DNA from: an uncultured Christensenellaceae bacterium
GTDB taxonomy: Bacteria; Bacillota; Clostridia; Christensenellales; UBA3700
Assembly (NCBI GenBank): GCA_910588545.1
Contig: CAJUOU010000001.1
Location: forward strand, 308,357 to 372,356
Direction: 5' to 3'
Length of the DNA stretch: 64,000 bases
The notes below the pieces were generated by a model that was not told the origin of the DNA, did not search any database, and was given only the letters and a program-made list of their open reading frames with translations. The position numbers and the translations under genes are program-made. Within the stretch, counting starts at the first letter, position 1, and each line of letters opens with the position of its first letter. Shown here in pieces: positions 47,648 to 57,129 of this stretch.

Positions 47648-49141
47648 ATGAAATTAAAAATAAAATTGCTAAGCGTTTTTGTTTTAGTTGTAGCTATGAT
47701 TGCAATACTTGCAGGCTGTAGTTATAAAAGCGTAATTACATTAAATGACTTATTGCTCGAATTTGAGCCTGACGGGAGTATTAAACAGTTAAGTGGGGAT
47801 AAAAGTGAGGAACTTTTATCAAACATTGACAGAGGATTTAGTCTTGAAACTTATTATACTTTAGGGAGTGGCAGAGCTTGGCCGGAAGACGAGGGTAGTG
47901 ATGGCTACGAGATGCTTGAGGAAGAATTGTATTTTAAAAAGAGGATAAAGCTGTCGAAATACAGGTGTATATTTATTTGAGGGAATACAATAAAAAACCA
48001 CTTGACGATTTGGCACTTAATCAAATGAAAGATTATTTCCAATATATGCGTTCGCTTAATATGAGTATGTTATTAAGGTTTGCATACGATTATACTCAAC
48101 CTACTAATAGTAGCCCTAAACAGGATATTGTCTTAACTCATTTAGAGCAAATAAATAGTTTAATGGTAGGAACGAGCAACTTATAAAAGATATGGTAACT
48201 GCTTATCAATTTGGTATTATAGGAGCTTGGGGCGAGTGGGGCACGACATCGGAAAAATACAACGAGAAAAAAAATATTGAACGCCATTATTGATGCTTTT
48301 CTTGACGGAACATATTTTCAAGGGAGATATATGCGTGTTGTTAATCAAACGGATAAAAATTTAAACTCCGAATATGTCGGCTACCATAATGACTTTTTAA
48401 TAGGCAGACCTCATCCTTGGAATACCGCAGGGAATAAATATAAAAGTAATGACTATAAAAAGTTTTTTAACAACGCACCATATAGATTGAATGACGGAGA
48501 GATGCCTTGGGGCGGTATACTGAAGAGCCGGACGAAAAGTAGACGGAATTAACTTTTTAAAGCAAATGCGTGAGCATTGTATGGGTACGCTAAGTATAAA
48601 ACACAACTATAAAGAAGAGCGAAAAGGTGTAGATGACGTTGTGCGTAATAGTCATAACATTGCTAGATGGAAAAATGAATTTGTAACAGAAGAGATGTTA
48701 ATAGCAAATAAGTTGCCATATTACAAGAACTGGTTTAAAAATTCTAACGGGGAGTTGATAAATAGGTCAATATATGATTACTTAAGAGATTATTTAGGAT
48801 ATAATTTGGTTTTAGATAATCTAAAAATTTCTAATGTCAATGGAAATACACAGGTTTCATTTATAATAAATTATGGTTTAGGTACTCCTTTGACAATAAA
48901 AAATATGGAGCTTGTTGTTGCAAATAAGATAGATGGAATTATAGATAATAGTGTTAAAAGCTATTATGTATCTAATTATGATTGTAAAAAACTAACAACT
49001 TATGGACAACAAAGAATAACTTTTACAGTTAATGGCGACATCAGTAATATGGCAATAGGTGTAAAATTGTCAAGAGGAAAATATAATATTAAAACTGCAA
49101 ATGATATTCCTTTTATGAACGGAGTAAACAACATTTATTGA
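47648..49141 (+). pseudogene. frameshifted paralog of the DUF4874/DUF4832-like lipoprotein gene
   Basis: Fragments in four frames (47648-47980, 47965-48186, ~48171-48291, 48277-48552, 48566-49141) align collinearly with the protein of 28644-30053: lipobox LAGC, DRGFSLETYYTLG, MLLRFAYDY, GIIGAWGEWG, DGEMPWG, LSIKHNY. Confidence 0.88.
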
Positions 49142-49153
49142 GATAAGCCTCTG

Positions 49154-49167
49154 AAAATCGATACTAA
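49154..49167 (+). repeat. copy of recurrent intergenic motif (AAAATCGATACTAA)
   Basis: Lies 13 nt after the stop at 49141. Confidence 0.4.
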
Positions 49168-49169
49168 AC

Positions 49170-49201
49170 AAAAAAAACAAGCGGTATTGCTTGTTTTTTT
49201 T
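49170..49201 (+). terminator. intrinsic terminator
   Basis: A-run, stem ACAAGC/GCTTGT, then T9. Confidence 0.8.
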
Positions 49202-49298
49202 GTTTGATAGAGTAATTCACAAAAAAAATTACAATCAGATAATAATTAATTGTATAAATTGGTAAAAATTGCAAAATGTATTTATGTGGGGGTGTAAT

Positions 49299-49994
49299 AT
49301 GCAATTTGGAATCGAGCCAATTTATTGGGTGCTTATCAATTCGGTAGTTTCGTTTATATTTTTATTTATAATATCCAAAATATTGGGTAAAAAACAAATA
49401 GCTCAACTTGAGTTCATAGACTATGCCGTAGGTATATCTTTGGGGTCAATAGCTGCGGAAATGGCAATAAACTCGGAAGTTCCGTTTTACTATTTTTTAA
49501 TTGCAATGGCAATATTTATGCTATTGGCATTACTTGTAGATATTGTAGGCAGAAAATGTACCTTTTTTAAAAGATTGATGAAAGGTAAGCCAATTACCGT
49601 TATATACGAGGGTAAAATAGATTATGCGGAGCTTAAGAAGAGCAAAATTGACGTCAATGACTTGCTTTCAATGCTTAGAGAAAAAGGCTTTTTTGATATT
49701 GAAGATGTTGCTTATGCAATTTTTGAAACAAGTGGAGAGCTTTCCGTATTGCCAAAAGGTAACCAAAGACCTGTTGTGGCGGAAGATTTGAACGGAATTA
49801 AAATTAAACAAGCACAATTAAGTAATGTGTTGGTTGTGGACGGAGATATTTCGTATTCCGGTTTGAACGAGGCAAATAAAGGGGAAGAATGGTTGCTTAG
49901 AAGACTAAATGTAAAGTCTAAAGAAGAACTTAAAAAAGTATTACTTGCAACTTATGACAGTGAAAATGATGTGTTAAACATTCATACAAAGTAA
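49299..49994 (+). CDS. DUF421 (YetF-like) membrane protein
   Basis: Three N-terminal TM helices plus a soluble C-domain (KGKPITVIYEGKIDYAELKKSKIDVNDLLSMLREKG). Start moved to ATG 49299 (GGGGGTG upstream). Confidence 0.75.
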   Translation: MQFGIEPIYWVLINSVVSFIFLFIISKILGKKQIAQLEFIDYAVGISLGSIAAEMAINSEVPFYYFLIAMAIFMLLALLVDIVGRKCTFFKRLMKGKPITVIYEGKIDYAELKKSKIDVNDLLSMLREKGFFDIEDVAYAIFETSGELSVLPKGNQRPVVAEDLNGIKIKQAQLSNVLVVDGDISYSGLNEANKGEEWLLRRLNVKSKEELKKVLLATYDSENDVLNIHTK

Positions 49995-50083
49995 ATTTTG
50001 CTTCAAATTTAATATTCTTAAATATTTATTAGTGATTACAAATAATTGGTGGAATGTATAACTTGTTCTGCCAATTTTTAAAT

Positions 50084-50097
50084 TTAGTACCGATTTT
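50084..50097 (-). repeat. copy of recurrent intergenic motif (AAAATCGGTACTAA on the minus strand)
   Basis: Lies 90 nt after the stop at 49994 and about 200 nt upstream of plsX. Confidence 0.45.
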
Positions 50098-50297
50098 TGA
50101 GTGGTTTTATAACACTTTTTTTGGAATATAGCAAATGATTTATTATAAAACGAGTATAGTTAAAATAAATAAATGTGAATCATATTTCTACTTAAATAAA
50201 ATATATATTATTATTTATAAAAAAATTATTGTAAAATTTTATATTTTATGATAGACTTATTATGTATAAATATTAATTTGCAAAAATAGGAGTGTTT

Positions 50298-51323
50298 ATG
50301 AAAATAGTTTTAGACGGACAAGGCGGAGATTATCCTGAACAAGCTGTGCTTGGCGCAATACAAGCTGTGGAAAAACATAAAGATTTGGAAATTGTAATTT
50401 GCGGAAAAGAAAGTGAAATAACACAAGTTTTAGCAAATAACTATAAAGGAAATAAAATAACTGTTTGCGATTGCAGCGAGGTTATTACTAATGATGACGT
50501 GCCTACTATTGCAGTGCGTGAAAAGAAAGATTCTTCTATGGTAAAGGCATTGCGTATGGCAAAGGAAGACAGCTCCATTGACGGTGTAGTAAGTTCGGGT
50601 AATACGGGAGCATTGCTTACCGCATCGCTTTTTATCGCAAAAAGAATTAAAGGTATAAGCAGACCATGCTTGGCGCCTAGTTTGCCTACTGCTGTTGACG
50701 GAAAATGTTTTGTGCTTGTGGATTGCGGCGCAAATGCAGATTGCAAGCCTATTAACTTACAGCATTTTGCTATTATGGGCAGTTGCTATGTTGAATCGCT
50801 ATTCGGAGTTCAAAATCCAACTGTCGCAATACTGAGCAACGGGCAAGAAAAAGGCAAAGGCAACGAATTGGTAAAGGAAACTTATCCTATTTTAGAGGGT
50901 ACTAAATCAATCAATTTTGTCGGCAATGTCGAGGCTAGAGATATTTTATCAGGCGATTATGACGTAGTAGTTTGCGATGGCTTTAGCGGAAATGTAGCAT
51001 TAAAGACTATTGAGGGAACAGCTTTATGCGTTATGAAAATGATAAAGGACAGCATAAAAAACGGAAGTTTACTGCAAAAAATCGGTGGACTTTTGATAAA
51101 ACCTGCGGTTAGAAAGTTAAAATCGACAATGGATGTAAACGAACAGGCTGGTGGTACTGTGCTTGGTGTAGATGGCATTATCGTAAAAGCACATGGTTCT
51201 TCCAAACAAGCAAGCATTTGCCGTTGTATCGAACAGGCAATGCTACTAATAAACAATAATATTGTGCAAAAAATAAAGGAAAATTTGAGTGGGTTAGAGG
51301 AAAATGATAATCAGGAAAAATAA
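50298..51323 (+). CDS. plsX: phosphate acyltransferase PlsX
   Basis: MKIVLDGQGGDYPE..., VSSGNTGAL and DGFSGNVALKT motifs. Start ATG 50298 (TAGGAG RBS). Confidence 0.95.
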   Translation: MKIVLDGQGGDYPEQAVLGAIQAVEKHKDLEIVICGKESEITQVLANNYKGNKITVCDCSEVITNDDVPTIAVREKKDSSMVKALRMAKEDSSIDGVVSSGNTGALLTASLFIAKRIKGISRPCLAPSLPTAVDGKCFVLVDCGANADCKPINLQHFAIMGSCYVESLFGVQNPTVAILSNGQEKGKGNELVKETYPILEGTKSINFVGNVEARDILSGDYDVVVCDGFSGNVALKTIEGTALCVMKMIKDSIKNGSLLQKIGGLLIKPAVRKLKSTMDVNEQAGGTVLGVDGIIVKAHGSSKQASICRCIEQAMLLINNNIVQKIKENLSGLEENDNQEK

Positions 51324-52023
51324 TGAGGACAATTTGGAATATACCAATGTAAAAGCTGTTGAAAAAATAATCGGCTATTCGTTCAACGATAAAAAATTGT
51401 TGCAACGTGCGATTACACACAGCTCTTATAACGTTTTAAAGGGGAATGACGGGGAAAGTTATCAAAGAATGGAGTATCTTGGAGACTCTATCCTTGACTT
51501 TGTAATAGCCGACGAACTTTACAGAAACTATCCGCAATTTGACGAGGGTATATTGAGTAAATTCAGGGCAAATATCGTAAGTCGCGAGCCGCTTGCTACC
51601 ATCATTGACAGCAGTAAAATAGTGGATTATATTTTGTTTGACAAAAATACTGTGGCTTTGAGTAAAAAGATAAAAAGTGACTTTTTCGAGTCTATAATTG
51701 CCGCAATTTATTTGGATAGCAATGGTCTAAAAGCTACTCGACAATTTATTTTGAAGTATCTAAAACCTTACATTACTGCCGAAATGAAAAACGATAATTA
51801 CGATTACAAGTCTATGCTTTATGAGTATTGCAGTGCAAAAAAGTGGACTTTGGCTTTTGAGACAAAAGAAATTTCGGGTCCTCCTCACGACTTGACCTTT
51901 ACAATGCAATTAATAGTAAATGGCGAAGTGATTTGCGAGGCAACAGGCAAAAAGAAACAAGAGGCGGAAAAGAAATGCAGTAAACAAGCATTAATAAAAT
52001 TCGGAGAAATAGAAAATAAATGA
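51304..52023 (+). CDS. rnc: ribonuclease III
   Basis: RNase III signature ERMEYLGDSILDF-like (QRMEYLGDSILDFVIAD) plus a C-terminal dsRBD. Overlaps plsX by 20 nt. Confidence 0.95.
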   Translation: MIIRKNNEDNLEYTNVKAVEKIIGYSFNDKKLLQRAITHSSYNVLKGNDGESYQRMEYLGDSILDFVIADELYRNYPQFDEGILSKFRANIVSREPLATIIDSSKIVDYILFDKNTVALSKKIKSDFFESIIAAIYLDSNGLKATRQFILKYLKPYITAEMKNDNYDYKSMLYEYCSAKKWTLAFETKEISGPPHDLTFTMQLIVNGEVICEATGKKKQEAEKKCSKQALIKFGEIENK

Positions 52024-52955
52024 AATATAAGCAAATAACTGTAAGTACCACTACCGATGGCAGCGATTTGGTTGCTATGGTGCTTTATGACAGCGGCAGT
52101 GACGGTGTTAGTATTTATGACAGTAAAGATATTTTGGAACTTATTAAAAGCGACATTATATGGGATTATATTGAGCCCGCTGTTTTGGAGCAAAGCCCAA
52201 TCGTAAAGGTAAAAGGTTTTTACGATGTTGAAAATTTTGATAGCATTTACGTGAATGTACTTGACGGTTTGGAGGAGTTAAAGAAAAACTCGCCCTTTGA
52301 GCTTGGCAGCTTGGAAGTTGAAGTTTGCGATTTGGACGATGCCGATTGGGTAAACGAATGGAAAAAATACTACAAACCGATACATATTGGCAAGATTGTA
52401 ATTGTTCCTAAATGGATTAAATATACCCCCGAAATGGATGAACGAGTGGTTTTGATTGACCCCGGCATGGCTTTTGGTACAGGCTCGCACGAAAGTACAA
52501 GACTTTGTTTAGAGCTATTTGGAGAACTTGATTGTGTAGGCAAAAATGTACTAGATATAGGTGCAGGAAGTGGAATATTGGGCATAAGTGCAAGTATTTG
52601 CGGCGCTGAGAGTGTGTATCTAAGTGATATTGCACCGCTTGCGGTAAAGGCATGCCATGAAAATGCGGAGCTTAACAATATCAAAAATGCTATAATAACA
52701 CAAGCCGATTTGTTGGAAAATGCAACTGTAAAAGGAGATATAGTATTTGCAAATATTACTGCTGATATATTGATTGCCTTATCCGGAAACATTGGCAATG
52801 TACTTAAAAAAGATGGATATATAATTTTGTCCGGCATTATTCACAAAAGATATGATGATGTACTAAATGCATATTTAGATAAAGGGTATATTTTGGACAA
52901 GTCGGTTGTTTTGGGCGAATGGTGCGGCTTGAGATTAAAGAATAAAGCAGTTTAA
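52020..52955 (+). CDS. prmA: ribosomal protein L11 methyltransferase
   Basis: IDPGMAFGTGSHESTRLCL and VLDIGAGSGILGI motifs. Confidence 0.94.
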   Translation: MKYKQITVSTTTDGSDLVAMVLYDSGSDGVSIYDSKDILELIKSDIIWDYIEPAVLEQSPIVKVKGFYDVENFDSIYVNVLDGLEELKKNSPFELGSLEVEVCDLDDADWVNEWKKYYKPIHIGKIVIVPKWIKYTPEMDERVVLIDPGMAFGTGSHESTRLCLELFGELDCVGKNVLDIGAGSGILGISASICGAESVYLSDIAPLAVKACHENAELNNIKNAIITQADLLENATVKGDIVFANITADILIALSGNIGNVLKKDGYIILSGIIHKRYDDVLNAYLDKGYILDKSVVLGEWCGLRLKNKAV

Positions 52956-52960
52956 ATAAT

Positions 52961-53692
52961 ATGGAAATTAGAAGATTTTATGTAAATTCAGATGATATAA
53001 CCGATAATGTCGTAACTATTTGTGGCGACGAATTTTGGCATTTGACAAAAGTTTTGAGATATAAAGTCGGATATCAAATTATAGTATGCAATGATAGTGA
53101 TGGTAAAGATTATTTGTGTACAATAGATTTAATTGAAAAAGATTATGCAAAGGCTACAGTAAACAGAATAATAGATAATGAGTGTAAAACAAAAATTGGG
53201 ATAACTTTGTTTCAAGCATTGCCAAAAGGCGATAAAGCCGATTTGATTGTTCAAAAAGCAGTTGAACTTGGTGTACAAAATATTGTTTTTTTTAATTCCG
53301 ATTATGTGAGCGAAAAAAAGTTTAATATTGATAGATTGCACAAAATTAATGTTGAGGCTTGTAAACAATGCGGTAGGTCAAGGCTTTCTAAAATTTATGG
53401 GTTATATACGTTTGACCAAATGCTACAAAAATTACAAGGCTTTGATAAAGTTTTGGTTTGCTACGAAAATGAAAAGATAAACGATATAAAAAATGAGTTA
53501 AAGTCTTTTAACGGTGATAATCTTGCGATTATTATTGGTAGCGAGGGCGGTTTTAGCGAAAGAGAAATTGATAAATGCCAATCAAACGGTGCTGTATCCG
53601 TTACTTTAGGCAACAGGATTATGAGATGCGAAACAGCATCGATAGTAGTTTGCGGTATAGCAATGTATGAGTTAGGGGAAATGAGTAGATGA
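52961..53692 (+). CDS. rsmE: 16S rRNA (uracil1498-N3)-methyltransferase
   Basis: RRFYV..., HLTKVLR and IIIGSEGGFSEREI motifs; prmA-rsmE-mtaB order as in Bacillus. Confidence 0.92.
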   Translation: MEIRRFYVNSDDITDNVVTICGDEFWHLTKVLRYKVGYQIIVCNDSDGKDYLCTIDLIEKDYAKATVNRIIDNECKTKIGITLFQALPKGDKADLIVQKAVELGVQNIVFFNSDYVSEKKFNIDRLHKINVEACKQCGRSRLSKIYGLYTFDQMLQKLQGFDKVLVCYENEKINDIKNELKSFNGDNLAIIIGSEGGFSEREIDKCQSNGAVSVTLGNRIMRCETASIVVCGIAMYELGEMSR

Positions 53693-54906
53693 AAATTGTT
53701 GTATACAATTTAGGGTGTAAAGTCAACCAATATGAAAGTGACGGTATACTTACAAAACTTGCTAGTTTGGGGTATGAGGTTTCGGACAACTTAGAGTTTG
53801 CGGATTGTTATATTTTGAATACTTGTGCGGTTACTAACGAAGCGGAAAAAAAGTCACGTCAGGCAATTAGCCGTTGTTTGCATTTCAATAAGGACGCTAA
53901 AATAATCGTATGCGGATGTGCATCGCAACATAATTCAGCTCAATTTGAGGGGAAAAACGGCGTTACATATATTGGCGGAGTTGCAAATAAAAATAAAATT
54001 CCCGAGTTATTAGAGCAAAAAGGTATTTATGTTACACCGATTTCAAAAGACTATGGGGAAGAGTTGCAACCCGATTTGGTAAGAACAAGAGCGTATGTAA
54101 AGATTCAAGATGGTTGCAATAACTTTTGTTCCTATTGTATAATACCATATTTGCGTGGGCGTTCCCGCTCAAGAAGTATGGATAGTGTTGTAAACGAATG
54201 TGAAAGACTGCAAAACTTGACAAACGAAATTGTATTGACAGGCATAGATATGTCAAGTTACGGTTTGGATATAGGTACAACGCTTAGCAATCTTATTTTA
54301 AATTTATCGCATATTAATGTTCGCATAAGATTTGGCTCATTGGAAGCGCGGGTAATCAGTGAAGAATTTTTGCAAAACACTAAAAAATTACAAAAATTTT
54401 GTCCGCATTTCCACTTATCCTTGCAAAGCGGGGATGACAATACCTTAAAAAATATGAACAGGAAATATACATCCGCATTTTACGCCGAAAAAGTTGCTCT
54501 AATCAGACAGTTTTATCCGACTGCTGCTATCACGACCGATTTGATTTGTGGGTTTCCTACAGAAAGCGATAGTGAGTTCGAAAATACTTTAAGGTTTGTC
54601 AGCGAAATCAAGTTTTCGGATATTCATATATTTGCATACTCTAAACGCGAGGGGACAGTTGCCGCTAAATATAAAATGTTGGATGGCGAAGTTGTAAAAA
54701 GACGTACTAAATTGTTGGAAGATATCGCAAAGGAAAATAAGGCGGCATATTACAGTTCGTTTATTGGGAAAACAGTGGAAGTTTTGGTCGAAATCGACGG
54801 CGGGTACACAAGAGAATATGTAAAAGTAAAATGTGACGGAGATGAAGGAAGTTTGAAGCAATTTGTACCGACATTTTATGACGGAGAAAAAGAAACATTA
54901 GTGTGA
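53689..54906 (+). CDS. mtaB: tRNA t6A37 methylthiotransferase (MiaB-like radical SAM)
   Basis: N-terminal UPF0004 cysteines, radical-SAM CNNFCSYCIIPYLRG motif and a TRAM-like C-terminus. Confidence 0.88.
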   Translation: MKIVVYNLGCKVNQYESDGILTKLASLGYEVSDNLEFADCYILNTCAVTNEAEKKSRQAISRCLHFNKDAKIIVCGCASQHNSAQFEGKNGVTYIGGVANKNKIPELLEQKGIYVTPISKDYGEELQPDLVRTRAYVKIQDGCNNFCSYCIIPYLRGRSRSRSMDSVVNECERLQNLTNEIVLTGIDMSSYGLDIGTTLSNLILNLSHINVRIRFGSLEARVISEEFLQNTKKLQKFCPHFHLSLQSGDDNTLKNMNRKYTSAFYAEKVALIRQFYPTAAITTDLICGFPTESDSEFENTLRFVSEIKFSDIHIFAYSKREGTVAAKYKMLDGEVVKRRTKLLEDIAKENKAAYYSSFIGKTVEVLVEIDGGYTREYVKVKCDGDEGSLKQFVPTFYDGEKETLV

Positions 54907-54927
54907 TAAAATTCCGCAAATAGATGT

Positions 54928-54941
54928 TTAGTGCCGATTTT
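54928..54941 (-). repeat. copy of recurrent intergenic motif (AAAATCGGCACTAA on the minus strand)
   Basis: Lies 22 nt after the mtaB stop. Confidence 0.4.
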
Positions 54942-55038
54942 TGTCGGGTTTTAATGCCAAATATTGTCATTTATGGCAAACATTAATTGCATCTCAATGA
55001 CTTAAATTTTAAAATAATATTTATTATCGGAGGATTAT

Positions 55039-55377
55039 ATGGATTGTATTTTTTGTAAAATTATCAATGGTGAAATACCAAGCACAAAAGTTTATGAAGA
55101 TAAAAAAATGATTATCATAAACGATATTGCACCTCAAGCTGCAAAGCATTATTTGGCTATCCCAAAAGTTCATTTCGCTAATATAGTTGAAATGGATAAA
55201 AAGCAAGCAAAAATTGTTGGCAAAATGTTGAAAACCATTGGCGAGCTCGCAGACAGCCTTGGTTTGCAGGACGGATTTAGGATTGTGTCTAATAAAGGCG
55301 AAAATGGTTGTCAATCAGTGGGACATTTGCATATTCATATACTTGGTGGCGAAAAATTATTAGAAAAAATGGGATAA
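55039..55377 (+). CDS. HIT-family (histidine triad) nucleotide-binding protein
   Basis: CIFCKIINGEIPS and HLHIHILGG motifs. Confidence 0.93.
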   Translation: MDCIFCKIINGEIPSTKVYEDKKMIIINDIAPQAAKHYLAIPKVHFANIVEMDKKQAKIVGKMLKTIGELADSLGLQDGFRIVSNKGENGCQSVGHLHIHILGGEKLLEKMG

Positions 55378-55391
55378 TTTGTATTTTTTAC

Positions 55392-55419
55392 TTGACATTA
55401 TTTTAAAAATCAGTATAAT
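55392..55419 (+). promoter_or_regulatory. sigma-A-like promoter of rpsU
   Basis: TTGACA at 55392-55397, 16-nt spacer, TATAAT at 55414-55419. Confidence 0.6.
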
Positions 55420-55466
55420 TAAATAGTAATTAAATCCGCATCTGAGGGAAGGAGGGGACAAAAGGT

Positions 55467-55646
55467 ATGTCTACAATTAGAGTTGGAGAAAATGAGTCTT
55501 TGGACAGCGCTATTCGCCGTTTTAAAAGAAAATGTGCGAGAGACGGTATCATTGGTGACCTTCGTCGTAAAGAAGCTTATGAAAAACCAAGCGTAAAAAG
55601 AAAGAAAAAGGCAGAAGCTGCAAGAAAAAGAATGTATAAAGCATAA
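55467..55646 (+). CDS. rpsU: 30S ribosomal protein S21
   Basis: Not in the ORF track (59 aa). My translation is [59 protein letters not shown]. Strong GGAAGGAGGGG RBS. Confidence 0.93.
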   Translation: MSTIRVGENESLDSAIRRFKRKCARDGIIGDLRRKEAYEKPSVKRKKKAEAARKRMYKA

Positions 55647-55653
55647 TTTATTT

Positions 55654-55680
55654 AACCTCGCAATGCGAGGTTATTTTTTG
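55654..55680 (+). terminator. intrinsic terminator after rpsU
   Basis: Stem AACCTCGC/GCGAGGTT, then ATTTTTT. Confidence 0.85.
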
Positions 55681-55978
55681 TCGAAAAAAAGCGAAATGAA
55701 AAAGTTCGAATGAATAACAAATAGCACAATTTTTTATAAAAAACTATAAGATAAAACTTAATAAAAACGATGGGAAGTGATTTTTAATTTATTTGTTTTG
55801 TAAGCAATGTTTAAAATTAACACTTCCTTTTAAATTGCCAATTATTTTATATGAATTCAAATGGCAAATTTTAAACATTAATAAAATTCCTATAAATGGA
55901 AGTTGTTCACTTGACAAAAATGATTTTAATTACAAAGGAGTGTGAAAATGTTAAAATGTGTTTTAAGGAGAGTTAATA

Positions 55979-56299
55979 ATGAAAAGTTCAATTCAAAGTG
56001 TGGCAAAACAAGCCAAGTCACGCATAAAAAGCGGATATTGGTCGCAAGTTAAAAACGAAAAAATTGCTATAATGCAAGAAATCGAGCAAGTTGACAACGA
56101 AATGTACGAAGTTGTCGCATCGATTATAGAAAGTGACGAAGTTGTGCTTAATCCAATTTCAAAACTTATGGATGAAAACTATTATAAAAGTTTGTCCGAC
56201 GATGGCAAAAACAGATATGTTTTAGAACTTGCAAACAAATATTTAAAATTGTGCAGAGAGTACGAAAGACGTAATAAAAAATTAGTAAATGTCGGTTGA
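55979..56299 (+). CDS. hypothetical protein (106 aa)
   Basis: AAGGAG 8 nt upstream; own terminator downstream. I do not recognise the family. Confidence 0.55.
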   Translation: MKSSIQSVAKQAKSRIKSGYWSQVKNEKIAIMQEIEQVDNEMYEVVASIIESDEVVLNPISKLMDENYYKSLSDDGKNRYVLELANKYLKLCREYERRNKKLVNVG

Positions 56300-56387
56300 T
56301 TTCAGTTTTATTTGAATACTTTTGATTAAATTTTTAGAAACACAATAATAATTTAAAATACTCATAGATATTATATATATAATTTCG

Positions 56388-56424
56388 AATATAGACGGTC
56401 GTTTTGATTGTCTATATTTTTTTT
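56388..56424 (+). terminator. intrinsic terminator
   Basis: Stem AATATAGAC/GTCTATATT followed by T8. Confidence 0.75.
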
Positions 56425-56453
56425 AATTTGTAGGTAAGCATTTTGTTTTAATC

Positions 56454-56482
56454 TTGATTTTTTGCAAAATGTGTGTTAGAAT
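56454..56482 (+). promoter_or_regulatory. sigma-A-like promoter of recX-birA
   Basis: TTGATT at 56454-56459, 17-nt spacer, TGtTAGAAT at 56474-56482. Confidence 0.5.
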
Positions 56483-56514
56483 AATATAAGAAATTATTTC
56501 ACAATAGGCATAAT

Positions 56515-57129
56515 ATGTTAATAACTGAGTTTAATGTTGTAGGACAAAATGTTAGGATATCGGTAGATGGGGGATTTTGGGACGAAATACCTTATTTGAT
56601 TGCATTTGATTTTAGATTAAATAAAGGCAGCGAAGTTGATGACAGCCTATTGGTAAGTGTAAAACAAAAAGCAGACGAAAAAAATGCTTTTGATTATGCG
56701 GTTAAGTATTTGTCTAGGTATTCGGTAACTGCAAAAAGACTTAAACAAAAGCTTTACGAAAAGGAATACAATAAATCGGTTGTGGAAAATGCAGCAGCTA
56801 GACTTTTAGATTTGAAATACTTGGACGATTATGCTTTTGCGGAAAATTTAGTCGCAAGTAAAAGCAAAAAACTTGGTAAACGCAGGTTAAAGTCCGAATT
56901 GTTGAATAAAGGTGTTGGCAGCGATATTATTGACGAAGTTTTGGAAACTTTGGATAACGACGATATGTTTTACACTGCTATGACGGTTGCGGAAAAGTGG
57001 TATCGTTCGCATGAGCTAGTGACAATACAAGACAGTCAAAAATTTTTTAGATTTATGGCGTATCGCGGTTTTGATTACGATTTGATAAATAGATGCAGAG
57101 AGGTATTGAAGTTTGGAAAAGACGATTGA
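56515..57129 (+). CDS. recX: recombination regulator RecX
   Basis: Repeated three-helix RecX pattern (AFDYAVKYLSRYSVTAKRLKQKL...YLDDYAFAENLV...GKRRLKSELLNKGV). Confidence 0.85.
   Translation: MLITEFNVVGQNVRISVDGGFWDEIPYLIAFDFRLNKGSEVDDSLLVSVKQKADEKNAFDYAVKYLSRYSVTAKRLKQKLYEKEYNKSVVENAAARLLDLKYLDDYAFAENLVASKSKKLGKRRLKSELLNKGVGSDIIDEVLETLDNDDMFYTAMTVAEKWYRSHELVTIQDSQKFFRFMAYRGFDYDLINRCREVLKFGKDD

Noticed and set aside
49154-50097. Reading the oppositely oriented motif copies (plus-strand copies up to 49154, minus-strand copies from 50084) as a replication fork trap of Ter-like sites around the terminus.
   Set aside because: - Gene orientation does not flip here. plsX through nnr downstream are all on the same strand as the upstream core genes, so the window behaves as one replichore.
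- RTP-type Ter systems are, to my knowledge, confined to Bacillus relatives.
- GC-skew analysis on the full genome would settle it.
54906-54945. Reading the reverse complement of the motif (TAGTGCCGATTTT) as a SigD/FliA-type -10 element (GCCGATAT-like).
   Set aside because: - No TAAA -35 element lies at the required spacing of about 15 nt.
- Most copies would drive antisense transcription into the 3' ends of genes.
- No flagellar or chemotaxis genes are nearby.
55948-56052. A 34-aa ORF (MLKCVLRRVNNEK...) with a good AAAGGAG RBS, overlapping the start of the 106-aa ORF in another frame.
   Set aside because: It is short and basic and I see no recognisable family. The 106-aa frame also has its own RBS and runs to a terminator, so I kept the longer ORF. 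Ribo-seq would be needed to decide.
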